Of a stretch of 64,000 nt of DNA, positions 37,481 through 47,169 are shown piece after piece. Position 1 is the first letter of the stretch. Each line of letters begins with the position of its first letter. The DNA comes from an uncultured virus (IMG/VR IMGVR_UViG_3300047499_000163) (lineage: Duplodnaviria; Heunggongvirae; Uroviricota; Caudoviricetes): IMG/VR virus record IMGVR_UViG_3300047499_000163; one strand, given 5' to 3'. Below the pieces are notes generated by a model. That model made no database searches. It worked only from the letters and a program-made list of their open reading frames with translations, and had not been told where the DNA came from. The position numbers were made by a program, and so were the translations under genes.

Positions 37481-37484
37481 ACAG

Positions 37485-37556
37485 AGCCCACGAAGGGAAT
37501 TGAACCCCCGACCGGCTGTTTACAAAACAGCAGCTCTACCGCTGAGCTACATGGGC
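37485..37556 (-). tRNA. tRNA-Thr(TGT)
   Basis: Loop TTTGTAA. Confidence 0.9.
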
Positions 37557-37558
37557 AT

Positions 37559-38017
37559 TCACGTCAACATCACAGATGCGACCGTGTGCAGGTTCTTCAT
37601 CTCCTGCACGAGGTGCGCCCAAAGAGGGGATGGCCACGTCTGCGGGAAGTCCGCACGGGCTTGCCCGGGACATCCTACGTCGCTCACCAAAAGAACCATC
37701 CAGCACATGGCCTCCTCTTCGGAGGAGAAGCGCGACGATTTGCCTGGGTCGTACTGATGGTTCCAAGCGTACCACGTGTCGGTGGATTGCTTTGTCGCTT
37801 GATCGTATTTGACGTGGCAGATTTCAAGGTCGCCACCGCGGACCCGAAGGACGCGGTTGACCATGTCGATCTTGCTCTCGTGGACAATGCAGATGACTGC
37901 ATCCTCCCGCTCGTCGAACTTGAGTTCGATCTCCGCCGTTGGTCTCGTCGGAACTTGCTTGTACGTCGCGAGCTGCACAATTCCAGGCAACTCAAGAAAT
38001 TTAGGATCGAACTGCAC
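37559..38017 (-). CDS. hypothetical protein
   Basis: Ends TVASVMLT. Confidence 0.6.
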   Translation of the reverse strand: MQFDPKFLELPGIVQLATYKQVPTRPTAEIELKFDEREDAVICIVHESKIDMVNRVLRVRGGDLEICHVKYDQATKQSTDTWYAWNHQYDPGKSSRFSSEEEAMCWMVLLVSDVGCPGQARADFPQTWPSPLWAHLVQEMKNLHTVASVMLT

Positions 38018-38559
38018 TATGCAGAACTGTACGCGGCTTCTGCAAGCTGGAAGAACTTCTTGTCTATCTCACACCCGACGTACCGGCGACCGTGCTTCTT
38101 GCAGGCGATGCCGACCGTGCCGGACCCACAGAACGGGTCGAAGACGGTGTCTCCGGGTTTCGAGTACATGAGCACCAGCTTCTCCATCAAGGAGAGCGGC
38201 TTGGCAAACGGATGATCGGGCTTGCTGACGAACCCATCCGTGAAGATTCCGGTCATCGACGACCAGTGGATCGGGTTGAAGACCGGCGGCTTGCCCTTGA
38301 ACACGAGAATCTCTTCGATGAACCGATTGCAGCGTTTCGTGCTCCACTTGGTGCACATCGGCTTCTGCCAGAAAAGAACCTCGTCTGGATGCTTCTCGCT
38401 GTAGGGCCGATGCCGCGCATCGCAAAAGAGGACGATGTTGCCCTTGCAGTGATTGCGGTAAAGCTCCACCGGCGACTGATTTTCGTAGTCCGGGTCCGTG
38501 ATGATGTGGTCCCAACCGTTGTCCAGCAGCTTTGCGAGACCGTCTTCGTGGAGAATCAC
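38017..38559 (-). CDS. DNA N6A/N4C methyltransferase (beta class)
   Basis: TDPDY (DPPY-like), HP..KP, DPFCGSGT, GCEID. Confidence 0.85.
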   Translation of the reverse strand: MILHEDGLAKLLDNGWDHIITDPDYENQSPVELYRNHCKGNIVLFCDARHRPYSEKHPDEVLFWQKPMCTKWSTKRCNRFIEEILVFKGKPPVFNPIHWSSMTGIFTDGFVSKPDHPFAKPLSLMEKLVLMYSKPGDTVFDPFCGSGTVGIACKKHGRRYVGCEIDKKFFQLAEAAYSSA

Positions 38560-38578
38560 GAGAGACAGTACATGAGGA

Positions 38579-39217
38579 CTAGCCGGCTCGACCGGCCCAA
38601 TACCCAGGACCGGGAGTCTGGATCCCCTTAGAGATACATCGTTTCTTGACCGCCTTATCTGAGACTCCGAACGCTTGCGCGAGCGTTGTCATCGGAATTT
38701 GCCATATCAAACGTCGTAGCTCTTCATCTGACGGCCACGGTCGTTTACCACTGTTCGTTCTAGGAATATATTTGTATGCATCTTGACATTTCTTATTACA
38801 GAAATGATGAAGATATTTCATTTGCGAAGGGAGTTTTTGAACTGGCTTACCGCAATGAGAACATGGAACAGTGGGAGATGGTTTTCTTGCGAAGGAAGCA
38901 ATTAACTCCTTCTGCTGAATGATGATTGACATTCGCCATTCTTCATGGATTTCTGCATGACAGTTCTTGCAAACTAGATCACACTTGTCAATCTCCGGCT
39001 TTATTCTTTCCCAATTCCAAGTCTTTCCCGCACTCGCAAGAGAAAAATCTTTTCCAGATGGATCCCTGTGATGAAAGTCCAACGCAGCGATCGATTTGTC
39101 GTAATCGCATCGCTGACACTTACCACCTTTATACTCGACGGCCTTTTGTTTTGTTTTACGGCGATACTCGCAAACATATAAGCTTATTCTTTTACGTTTT
39201 TCGGTTCGATTCATCAT
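38579..39217 (-). CDS. HNH endonuclease
   Basis: YKGGKCQRC...ALDFHHRDP..K...KCDLVC.NCHAE; low GC. Confidence 0.9.
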   Translation of the reverse strand: MMNRTEKRKRISLYVCEYRRKTKQKAVEYKGGKCQRCDYDKSIAALDFHHRDPSGKDFSLASAGKTWNWERIKPEIDKCDLVCKNCHAEIHEEWRMSIIIQQKELIASFARKPSPTVPCSHCGKPVQKLPSQMKYLHHFCNKKCQDAYKYIPRTNSGKRPWPSDEELRRLIWQIPMTTLAQAFGVSDKAVKKRCISKGIQTPGPGYWAGRAG

Positions 39218-39250
39218 TTACATTACATTGTAAATAAGAAATCGAACTAG

Positions 39251-39552
39251 CTCCGACTGCAGGGCTCGAACCTGCGACAGGGTGGTTACGTTTTATCTCT
39301 GAGTTTCCTCAAAGGACGGACTATATCATCATCCACGAGGGATGCCGGGCGCTGATGGGATTTATTGCTTGGCTGCTCATTCCCTAGTCTCTGCACCTTC
39401 TGACCTACCGTATGCCTTCGGTCAGCTTGGCTCAGGATTGCCATATCCTTGCGGATTTAGGTTTCCCTGAGTTCACCCGGTTTTCACCGTCATGTTGCCA
39501 TGACGGGCTGCCTTTAGACAGCCACCTGCTCTACCAACTGAGCTAAGTCGGA
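39251..39552 (-). tRNA. tRNA-Asn(GTT) interrupted by a group I intron
   Basis: Exons 39518-39552 and 39251-39288 rejoin to give loop CTGTTAA. Confidence 0.88.
39289..39517 (-). mobile_element. group I self-splicing intron
   Basis: P1 with U:G at the 5' splice site, GGCAATCCTGAGCCAAG, GCAGAGACTA, GATATAGTCC, terminal G. Confidence 0.9.
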
Positions 39553-39729
39553 ATGACGATTTGGTTCTCTACTTCCTCTATTGCTATTCATGGACATTAC
39601 CTCTTCTTGTTGAAGGGAGAAACTGCAGAGCACATCACTTCAGTCTTTGGCCTAGTTCCTGAACTTCCATAATGTTGACATTCGCTCTGAGCCGACCCAA
39701 GAGTGGTCTCCCTTCCGTGGGTTCCTGGA

Positions 39730-40398
39730 TCACGTTTGTTCTCCGTGCGGTCCTGTGTCCAACGGAGTGAATCTTCTTCTATAGATCGCGGAAATGCGAT
39801 CGAACTCGCGCTGAAGTTCCCGATGAAGCTCCGGGTCATTTCCATGCGCAGCAGCTATGAGTTCCTTGCGGACTCTGTCTAGAGTCAGAGTGAAATTATT
39901 GGCAGGCTCTTTCAGAAGAGCCTCGTGGCTTTGATTCGGAGTCCTATTCAACCAGTCGAACTCCTTGAACCAACCCTGTTCTGCACAGGTCTTTTTTCGA
40001 TGGCAGCTGGCGCATCGAATTTCACATTTATCGAGTTCGGCGAGAATTTTCGCCCAAGAGAACGATTTGATCATCTTGCTGACGTTCATGAACTTCATGC
40101 CGCGAACATGGTCGGGCTCAAGTGCTCTGATGTCAGTTTCCGGGCAGTCAACACAGGGATGAGTTTGCAGGTACTCGACGTAGAGCGTCTGGTTCTCTTT
40201 GATCAACTCCATCTTCCTCTGTTTGTACTGCTCTGGATGGCTCTGGTAATGAGCTATGCGCGCACCACGTTGACAGTAGATGCACCACGCTTGAAGACGC
40301 TTTTTAGCCTTGCTTCGCCAAGCAAATTCCTTGGCTGTATTCCTGAGCTTGCGGCACTTCGAACAACGCTTTTTCATGTTTCCATTCTTACTATACAA
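39730..40398 (-). CDS. HNH endonuclease
   Basis: PCVDC...DHVRG.K...KCEIRCASCH; paralog of 9304-9756. Confidence 0.88.
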   Translation of the reverse strand: MYSKNGNMKKRCSKCRKLRNTAKEFAWRSKAKKRLQAWCIYCQRGARIAHYQSHPEQYKQRKMELIKENQTLYVEYLQTHPCVDCPETDIRALEPDHVRGMKFMNVSKMIKSFSWAKILAELDKCEIRCASCHRKKTCAEQGWFKEFDWLNRTPNQSHEALLKEPANNFTLTLDRVRKELIAAAHGNDPELHRELQREFDRISAIYRRRFTPLDTGPHGEQT

Positions 40399-40409
40399 CT
40401 GGAAACCGG

Positions 40410-40481
40410 CAGGGGTGCTCGGATTCGAACCGAGATAACGGGTTCTGGAGGCCCACGTACTAGCCGTTGTACGACACCCCT
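40410..40481 (-). tRNA. tRNA-Trp(CCA)
   Basis: Loop CTCCAGA, G73. Confidence 0.88.
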
Positions 40482-40543
40482 ATGACGTCCCTTAGGGACG
40501 TATCGCGTCCGGCATTCCCGATTCGAGGGCGGGCGCCTTCAGC

Positions 40544-40620
40544 TGGTGCACAGAGAGGGAATTGAACCCCCGACACCCTCCTCTTCAGGGTAGGTGCTCT
40601 ACCAACTGAGCTATCTGTGC
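40544..40620 (-). tRNA. tRNA-Phe(GAA)
   Basis: Loop CTGAAGA, CCA; bulge in anticodon stem. Confidence 0.8.
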
Positions 40621-40718
40621 GTGTGCTCCTCTAAGGAGCTAGACTCACTCTTGCCTTTCCTTTCAATCGTACTCAGTTCAGAGTCCACCCGACCTTAGCA
40701 AGGCCAAGCTTTATGTAG
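40621..40718 (-). ncRNA. conserved structured spacer, copy 1
   Basis: Homologous to 44071-44161. Confidence 0.55.
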
Positions 40719-40792
40719 TACCCCAGGAGGGATTCGAACCCCCGACGGAGTTGGAAACCGGCTGCTTGCCGTTAGCAATGACACTCCTATGC
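40719..40792 (-). pseudogene. chimeric/degenerate tRNA
   Basis: Intact T-arm and CTGGGGT-A 3' strand; Trp-like 5' half does not pair with it. Confidence 0.55.
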
Positions 40793-40851
40793 GAGCCTCG
40801 CGGCCCGATCGCCTATGCACCTCTAGCTTCACAGGCTAGCAACATCTCGGC

Positions 40852-40927
40852 TGGTGGAATCGGCGGGAATCGAACCCGCGGCCTCCTGCGTGCGAAACAG
40901 GCGCTCTCCCATCTGAGCTACGACCCC
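40852..40927 (-). tRNA. tRNA-Ala(CGC)
   Basis: Cloverleaf, CCA. Confidence 0.9.
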
Positions 40928-40969
40928 ATTTGGTGAAGCGGGCCCGCCAACTGGCAGGCCCGCCTCCGT

Positions 40970-42139
<1,170 letters not shown>

Positions 42140-42145
42140 GACTGT

Positions 42146-42649
42146 TTAGTGGGTTGCCAGCCCTCTTTCTTTGCCTTCCAACTGCTCCGCCGGACCATCC
42201 GGCTCCAGGAGTTTGACGGGATGTTCCCGTCGAAACTTTTCGAGGTATTCGATTGCCTTCCGCATCAACTGCGGATCGTCGTTGAAGCAACCGAGCCCCC
42301 GGTTGTGCTTGTCGCAGAGCCATCCGCGGAATTTTCCAGTCAGATGGTCGTGATCGAACGCTGGGGCATTGAAGACATGCTTCTTACCAACCAGCTCAAC
42401 GTCGCAAATGGCGCATTTTTCACCGAGGCCGCTCGCACCAGACGGGTCGACGACTCCTGCCTTCTTCCTCATGCTCTTACGAGCAGATGCTTGAGCTCGT
42501 TCCGGATTCCGTCGGTTGTTTTCGGTACGCCTCCGAACGTGGTGCTCTTGGGCAGATTCCAAGTCCTTGCACACGGCGCACTTGCGATTGCGAGTGTAGC
42601 GAAGTGTGTGCCCCTTCGGGCAGGGCTTCCCATGGAACTTGTTGCCCAT
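42146..42649 (-). CDS. endonuclease VII-like nuclease
   Basis: CAIC...DHDH.TG..RG.LC..HN..LG.F.DD. Confidence 0.88.
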   Translation of the reverse strand: MGNKFHGKPCPKGHTLRYTRNRKCAVCKDLESAQEHHVRRRTENNRRNPERAQASARKSMRKKAGVVDPSGASGLGEKCAICDVELVGKKHVFNAPAFDHDHLTGKFRGWLCDKHNRGLGCFNDDPQLMRKAIEYLEKFRREHPVKLLEPDGPAEQLEGKERGLATH

Positions 42650-42665
42650 GGAACATCTTACACGG

Positions 42666-42733
42666 CAGATGGGGAGGGAATCGAACCCTCTTCCGGAGTT
42701 TTGGAGGCTCCGTTGCGCCCTGCGCTCCCACCT
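42666..42733 (-). tRNA. tRNA-Trp(CCA), shortened D-arm
   Basis: Loop CTCCAAA. Confidence 0.72.
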
Positions 42734-42805
42734 GTGAGTATCGTCTAAGCGTGAAGTCCTACGTGGTCACCCCGGACCTGCTCCACGAGCTGATCTGGGA
42801 CAGAG

Positions 42806-43036
42806 GTGGGACGGTCGGCTGAAGGTCGTCCACCTGAGCCCGTCCGACTACGCCGACCTGCAGAATCGCTCTGGGGAGCGGAGGTCCGCGTCGCCCGGGA
42901 GAACAAGTCCGGGGAGGTCAGGTTCGAGGACGACGAGGGGAAGAAGATGCGCGCCTGCCTCCAGTGCAGGCACATGTACGACGGCGAGACGTGCCCGTCC
43001 GACCTGTGCGTCGTGCGGTACGTGCTCGAGTCGTGA
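42806..43036 (+). CDS. small Zn-finger protein (start uncertain)
   Basis: CLQC...C...C; ends VVRYVLES. Confidence 0.55.
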   Translation: MGRSAEGRPPEPVRLRRPAESLWGAEVRVARENKSGEVRFEDDEGKKMRACLQCRHMYDGETCPSDLCVVRYVLES

Positions 43037-43120
43037 TTGGAGAGGACTCCGGCTGTCGGACGGGAAGCGCGCTTCCGGCTCGGTCGACCGGCCCTGCCGG
43101 GCCGTTGCCTTCATCCTCGG

Positions 43121-43198
43121 CACCTGCGAGGGGAATTGAACCCCCCCCCCCCTCACCCCATAGACAGTGGGGCCGCCTCACCAGATGCGTACGCAGGT
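43121..43198 (-). tRNA. tRNA-Asp(GTC)
   Basis: Loop CTGTCTA; 12-nt G run may be over-called. Confidence 0.75.
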
Positions 43199-43332
43199 AT
43201 AAGTGATGTCGATGGTGACCCCACCGGGATTTGTGCGTCTTCATCTCTCGTATCCCTCGGGTCGCCACACCCTTACTTTCCATCTCTCCTTGTTTACCCC
43301 GATCCACCACGGATCTCCAGGGGCTTTCTTCG

Positions 43333-43368
43333 TGCACAAGGACGGAATCGAACCGTCGACACCCTGCT
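43333..43368 (-). pseudogene. 3' half of a split tRNA (partner at 44040-44070)
   Basis: GCAGG-GTGTC-T-arm-CTTGTGC-A. Confidence 0.7.
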
Positions 43369-43387
43369 CCTACAGCCGCCAACCCGG

Positions 43388-43462
43388 TAGGGTGCCTCGG
43401 AATCGAACCGAGTTCTCTTGCTCTTCAGGCAAGCGCTGAATCACCAGACTAGCTCGCACCCC
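43388..43462 (-). tRNA. tRNA-Phe(GAA)
   Basis: Loop CTGAAGA. Confidence 0.88.
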
Positions 43463-43945
43463 TCATACTTCTCCGCTTCTTCCACCAACCTAGGGTCCTC
43501 TCGATCGCTGTGTCTGATCGTGTGGCAACGCACGCACAGCAGCGTGCACTTCTTCAGCTCCTTCTTGATCACACTCCAGCTCTTGTTCGCTACGTTCCCG
43601 ATCGTAAACTCTTTGCTGTGTCGGTGGTGAAACGAGAAACCCGCTTGCGGACCGGACCACCCGCAATCCTTGCACTTCCCTCCAAGCAACCGAATCGCAG
43701 CGGCCTTGGTTCTGTACCTACGCACTCTCGTATTGCAGGAGCCACACCGGCGCCGCCGCGTAGATCCATTCTTTCGACCACACAAGACGCAAAACTCGTA
43801 AGCAACACGCTCTTGCAGATACTCGATCTTCCGTCCCTGCTTGAAGGGAACGCAGGTCAGACAGTACACGCGAGATCCCAGATTCCGCCGTACCCCGTCT
43901 ACTACGATCCAAACAGGGAACGCGTTTCCGCACTTTCTGCACTGC
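43441..43945 (-). CDS. HNH endonuclease (start uncertain)
   Basis: LGGKCKDCG...FHH...K.F...KC.LLC..CH. Confidence 0.85.
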
Positions 43946-44039
43946 ACTGGTAGACTATACCACGTTCTACCAACTGAGCTACCCAACCGAAGAAAGAGGG
44001 AATCTGCACACACGATCAACCGCGTAACCTTTGGCGTCC

Positions 44040-44070
44040 GCAGGTGCTCTACCAACTGAGCTACTTGTGC
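44040..44070 (-). pseudogene. 5' half of a split tRNA
   Basis: GCACAAG-TAGCTCAGTTGGTAGAGC-A-CCTGC. Confidence 0.7.
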
Positions 44071-44161
44071 GTGTGCTCCTCGAGGGAGCGTAGGTCCAGT
44101 CTTGCCTTTCTTCACGTCCGGCTCAGGACTCCACCCGGCTTTTGGCCAAGTCTTTATGTAG
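44071..44161 (-). ncRNA. conserved structured spacer, copy 2
   Basis: Homologous to 40621-40718. Confidence 0.55.
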
Positions 44162-44234
44162 CACCCCCGGTAGGACTCGAACCTACGTAACCGGTTCCGT
44201 AGACCGGTGCCTGATTCCGCTAGGCTACGGGGGC
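44162..44234 (-). tRNA. tRNA-Arg(ACG)
   Basis: Loop CTACGGA. Confidence 0.9.
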
Positions 44235-44479
44235 ATGTAAACTGTCTAGTCTAGAAGTTCATATGATCTGAGCATAGACCCCCATATTCTCTCTTTACAC
44301 GGTAGTAAGTGGCATGGGAGATTCCGAGCCGGTCACATATTACATGAACCGATTCTCCAGAAGAGCGTATTAGTGCAGCATGTTCAGTGGTCACCACTCT
44401 TCTTGGCTGATCATTGTACGAGTCTAAGGCTTTTTGTATTTGAGACTGACGACGTTGTCCCATCAATGGCAAAGAATGG

Positions 44480-44868
44480 GAACATCGGTACTGCGAGGGG
44501 TGATTTTCCTTTCGGAGCGTAACTCCTCCCGACGTCCTATCCGAAGACAGGACGGTTCCATTTCAATGCCTCCTACAAGTGAAAATGACGTGGTCCGGCC
44601 TACTCGTCTTTCGACTTTCGGCCGGACCCCGTCACAGATCTCAAGAGAGGTGTCCACATCTGCGCGATGCGATTGGTGGTCGCAATTTTGGGCTCCTCGT
44701 CTGGACATCGCGGTTGAACGGCGATGGTCAGGCTTGCCCTCGTAGGCTACCGGGGAGCGCGCTTTTCCACTTGGGCCCCGAAGGGATTGGGTGGCGACGT
44801 GAGGGGCAACCAGTGTTATCCGGCGCCTTTCACCTTGAGTGAGCCAACATGCGCTCACTTGTCCTGTT
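44480..44868 (-). ncRNA. candidate large structured ncRNA
   Basis: Dense GNRA/UUCG hairpins and E-loop-like GGCCGAAAGTCGAAAGACGAGTAGGCC; no convincing ORF. Confidence 0.5.
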
Positions 44869-44872
44869 GAAT

Positions 44873-44903
44873 TGTCAAAGAACAACTCCGAGTTACCTCG
44901 GAG
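44873..44903 (-). promoter_or_regulatory. boxB/boxA-like antitermination element
   Basis: Hairpin CTCCGAG-GTAA-CTCGGAG followed by TGTTCTTTGACA. Confidence 0.6.
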
Positions 44904-44910
44904 GGTTCAG

Positions 44911-44981
44911 CTGGGGAGGAAGGAATCGAACCCTCATAACAAGCGTCAGAAACTTGCGTCTTACCGTTAGACGACTCCCCA
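44911..44981 (-). tRNA. tRNA-Gln(CTG)
   Basis: Loop TTCTGAC. Confidence 0.9.
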
Positions 44982-45092
44982 ATGATTTCAGACCTTCAAG
45001 ACACACGTCTCCTGTCGCGTGCTGAGCACGCATCAGCACAACCTAAACATGGCGCCTTTTCGGCGCGATGTGAGAAGCCTCGGTGGCTTCAG

Positions 45093-45166
45093 TGGGTCCG
45101 GTCGGGATCGAACCGACGACCTACCGCTTAAGAGGCGACTGCTGCTACCAGCTGAGCTACGGACCC
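45093..45166 (-). tRNA. tRNA-Lys(CTT)
   Basis: Loop CTCTTAA. Confidence 0.9.
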
Positions 45167-45209
45167 GATTTCTTTGGAGCTTGCTTTGGTGACTTCATTC
45201 TGTTCTCCG

Positions 45210-45281
45210 TGGGCCTGGCGGGAGTCGAACCCGCAACTCTCGGATTAAAAGTCCGCTACGCTGCCATTGCGTCACAGGCCC
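45210..45281 (-). tRNA. tRNA-Lys(TTT)
   Basis: Loop CTTTTAA. Confidence 0.88.
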
Positions 45282-45339
45282 ATGTTTCCTTTCGTTTTGG
45301 GGCCTGTTTGAGTCGAAGCATCGTCTTCATCTTTCTTCG

Positions 45340-45421
45340 TGGAGCGGGGTGGAGTCGAACCACTTGCCATAGGCCACGGTTTTACAGACCGCTTGGGCTA
45401 CCACTGCCCTGGACCCGCTCC
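45340..45421 (-). tRNA. tRNA-Tyr(GTA), 8/4 fold
   Basis: GGAGCGGG/CCCGCTCC acceptor, GTGG/CCAC T-stem, loop CTGTAAA. Confidence 0.82.
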
Positions 45422-45623
45422 GTGAGGGGAGCGCGATATGGGCTGCTATAGCTTTCGCGGTTGGTGTTCATCTCGATCTCCGTGAGTTTCTTGTTCCAGA
45501 TTCGTCGTCGTTTTGCTTGGAGTCTCTTGAGAAAGTTGCGCTGGCCGCTTGGGGCTCCCTTGGAGCAATTCCAGTGCATGATCTGCGTGTGTCTGAGTTC
45601 GTCGTACCGCATCTCGAGCCCTT

Positions 45624-45663
45624 AAAACGCTGAAGGCCGCCGGGATTTCTCCGGGCGGCCTTC
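45624..45663 (-). terminator. attenuator terminator hairpin
   Basis: GAAGGCCGCC...GGCGGCCTTC then AGCGTTTT. Confidence 0.68.
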
Positions 45664-45701
45664 CGATGATCCTCTTGGGATCGAGATCGAGAAAGGCCGC
45701 C

Positions 45702-45860
45702 CTAGGTATCCTCCGGGTTCTGGAACTTGGGCTGGCGGACGGAGGACGAATGCGAAAGCCCAAGTTCGAGTCCGGTAGCGCTCGTACCCAGAATGACACA
45801 CCACGCCGCTGCCGCTTTCACGGCTGACGTTGTGAGCATTCTGTGTTGATAGCGCAGCAT
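45702..45860 (-). CDS. putative attenuator leader peptide (52 aa)
   Basis: MLRYQHRMLTTSAVKAAAAWCVILGTSATGLELGLSHSSSVRQPKFQNPEDT; stop abuts the antiterminator strand. Confidence 0.6.
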   Translation of the reverse strand: MLRYQHRMLTTSAVKAAAAWCVILGTSATGLELGLSHSSSVRQPKFQNPEDT

Positions 45861-45953
45861 CACGGGTTCTCTTGCCTGGTTCTCGGTTTCGTTCTCTACT
45901 CGATCAGGGTGCGTGTTTCCGGCCGGGTGAGGGCTCAGATAACGCTTTCGGGA

Positions 45954-45982
45954 ATCCTAGCACACAAAAGGGCGAGTGTCAA
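45954..45982 (-). promoter_or_regulatory. sigma70-type promoter heading the tRNA array
   Basis: TTGACA-N17-TAGGAT. Confidence 0.78.
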
Positions 45983-46063
45983 GGGTCTCGAACACTGACG
46001 AGCGAGCGGTGTTCTACCTGACCGGACTCTACATTTCCGTGCCGGTCGTGGCCTTGCACCCCG

Positions 46064-46432
46064 GTGCGCATGTCGAGAAGGCCGTGCATCCTCATCGTGG
46101 GCGATGACGTGGACTTGTGCGAAGCTGTGGCGGAAATCCTCAGAATCGAGGGCTACTCCGTGGCGACCGCGCATAATGGCAAGCAAGCACTAGAAATTCT
46201 CGAAAAGATGGGACCTGAGCAACCCTGCCTCGTCCTGCTCGATTTCCTGATGCCCGAGATGGACGGGGAGGAATTCGCCCGTGCCCTTCAAGCCCAAACG
46301 TTTCTTTTCAGAGTGATAACACTCGCCGACCGATTTACCTGTTTTCTCCGCAAAAAGAAGAGCGTCGAACATTCCTCGCGGAGCGCGATATTGGCGTTGA
46401 AGGTTTCCGCTTTTTCGGAACTTCACCCATAG
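46064..46432 (+). CDS. response regulator receiver (C-terminus atypical)
   Basis: ILIVGDD, NG..AL, LVLLDFLMPEMDG. Confidence 0.65.
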   Translation: MRMSRRPCILIVGDDVDLCEAVAEILRIEGYSVATAHNGKQALEILEKMGPEQPCLVLLDFLMPEMDGEEFARALQAQTFLFRVITLADRFTCFLRKKKSVEHSSRSAILALKVSAFSELHP

Positions 46433-46504
46433 ACGTCCATCGATATTGTATGAGACCGATTCGATAAGTGATGAGCGCCTGGTTTTGAAGTGCAGTGTTA
46501 TCAT
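46190..46504 (-). CDS. KTSC-domain protein
   Basis: SSLI.SV.Y...L.V.F..G...Y...F..L..A....S.G..Y. Confidence 0.6.
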   Translation of the reverse strand: MITLHFKTRRSSLIESVSYNIDGRLWVKFRKSGNLQRQYRAPRGMFDALLFAEKTGKSVGECYHSEKKRLGLKGTGEFLPVHLGHQEIEQDEAGLLRSHLFENF

Positions 46505-46522
46505 CGTTCCAATTTACAACGA

Positions 46523-47167
46523 CTAGTTTCTGATCACGTCCACGAGTCGCTTCATTCTCTCGAAGTCGAGTTCCTGAAACGACTTGCTGACGCCGGTCGC
46601 GACCAGCACGTGCGTGGCGTGCGGCATGTACTGCGTGACGTTCTCGGGTGTGACCCCGCTCGCGATCGCCAGGCCCCGCCCGCATGACTTGGCGGCGTCG
46701 CCCATGATTTGGATCTTCTCGAGTTCGGGCGGCCGACCTGTTCCAGGTCCGCTCGTAGTCACCACTTCCATGTAAGTCGAAGCGGTGATCACGGCTTGCT
46801 TCAAGTCGGCCGGCTGCTGCTGGTACTTGAAGGCCACTCCACCGAAATACTCACCCTTCCACTCGCTGCGTGCGCGGGCCTGCTGCACACGTTGCGCGTC
46901 TCCGGCGTTATCCATCCAGAGTCCCTTCACGTACTCGGGAAGAAGATGGAACGCGTCCTCGGCCCGCACACCGAGCAGGTTCATTCCCATCCACATGTCG
47001 GGGAACTCGGCGTGGACTCGATTGGCGACGTCGATGAGGTCGGACGGCCGGACCCCGTGGTTGATGACGAACACGCCATCGGCGCCGGCGTGTAGTGCCC
47101 GCTGAGCGCTGACCATCGGGTGATATCCGTGAACGTCGCAGACGTGAATGACAGCGTAGAATTTCAT
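46523..47167 (-). CDS. BtpA/SgcQ-like TIM-barrel protein
   Basis: GADGVF.IN, G.NLL, GGVAFKYQ, TSGPGTG, ASGVTPEN. Confidence 0.75.
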   Translation of the reverse strand: MKFYAVIHVCDVHGYHPMVSAQRALHAGADGVFVINHGVRPSDLIDVANRVHAEFPDMWMGMNLLGVRAEDAFHLLPEYVKGLWMDNAGDAQRVQQARARSEWKGEYFGGVAFKYQQQPADLKQAVITASTYMEVVTTSGPGTGRPPELEKIQIMGDAAKSCGRGLAIASGVTPENVTQYMPHATHVLVATGVSKSFQELDFERMKRLVDVIRN

Positions 47168-47169
47168 CC

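Noticed and set aside
43141..43152. Phase-variable poly-C tract
   Set aside because: It lies inside a tRNA variable/T-stem region and is probably a homopolymer over-call.
46064..46504. Functional overlapping antisense gene pair
   Set aside because: The recognisable domains meet near 46290 and each ORF merely runs on into the other, which looks like a deletion junction.
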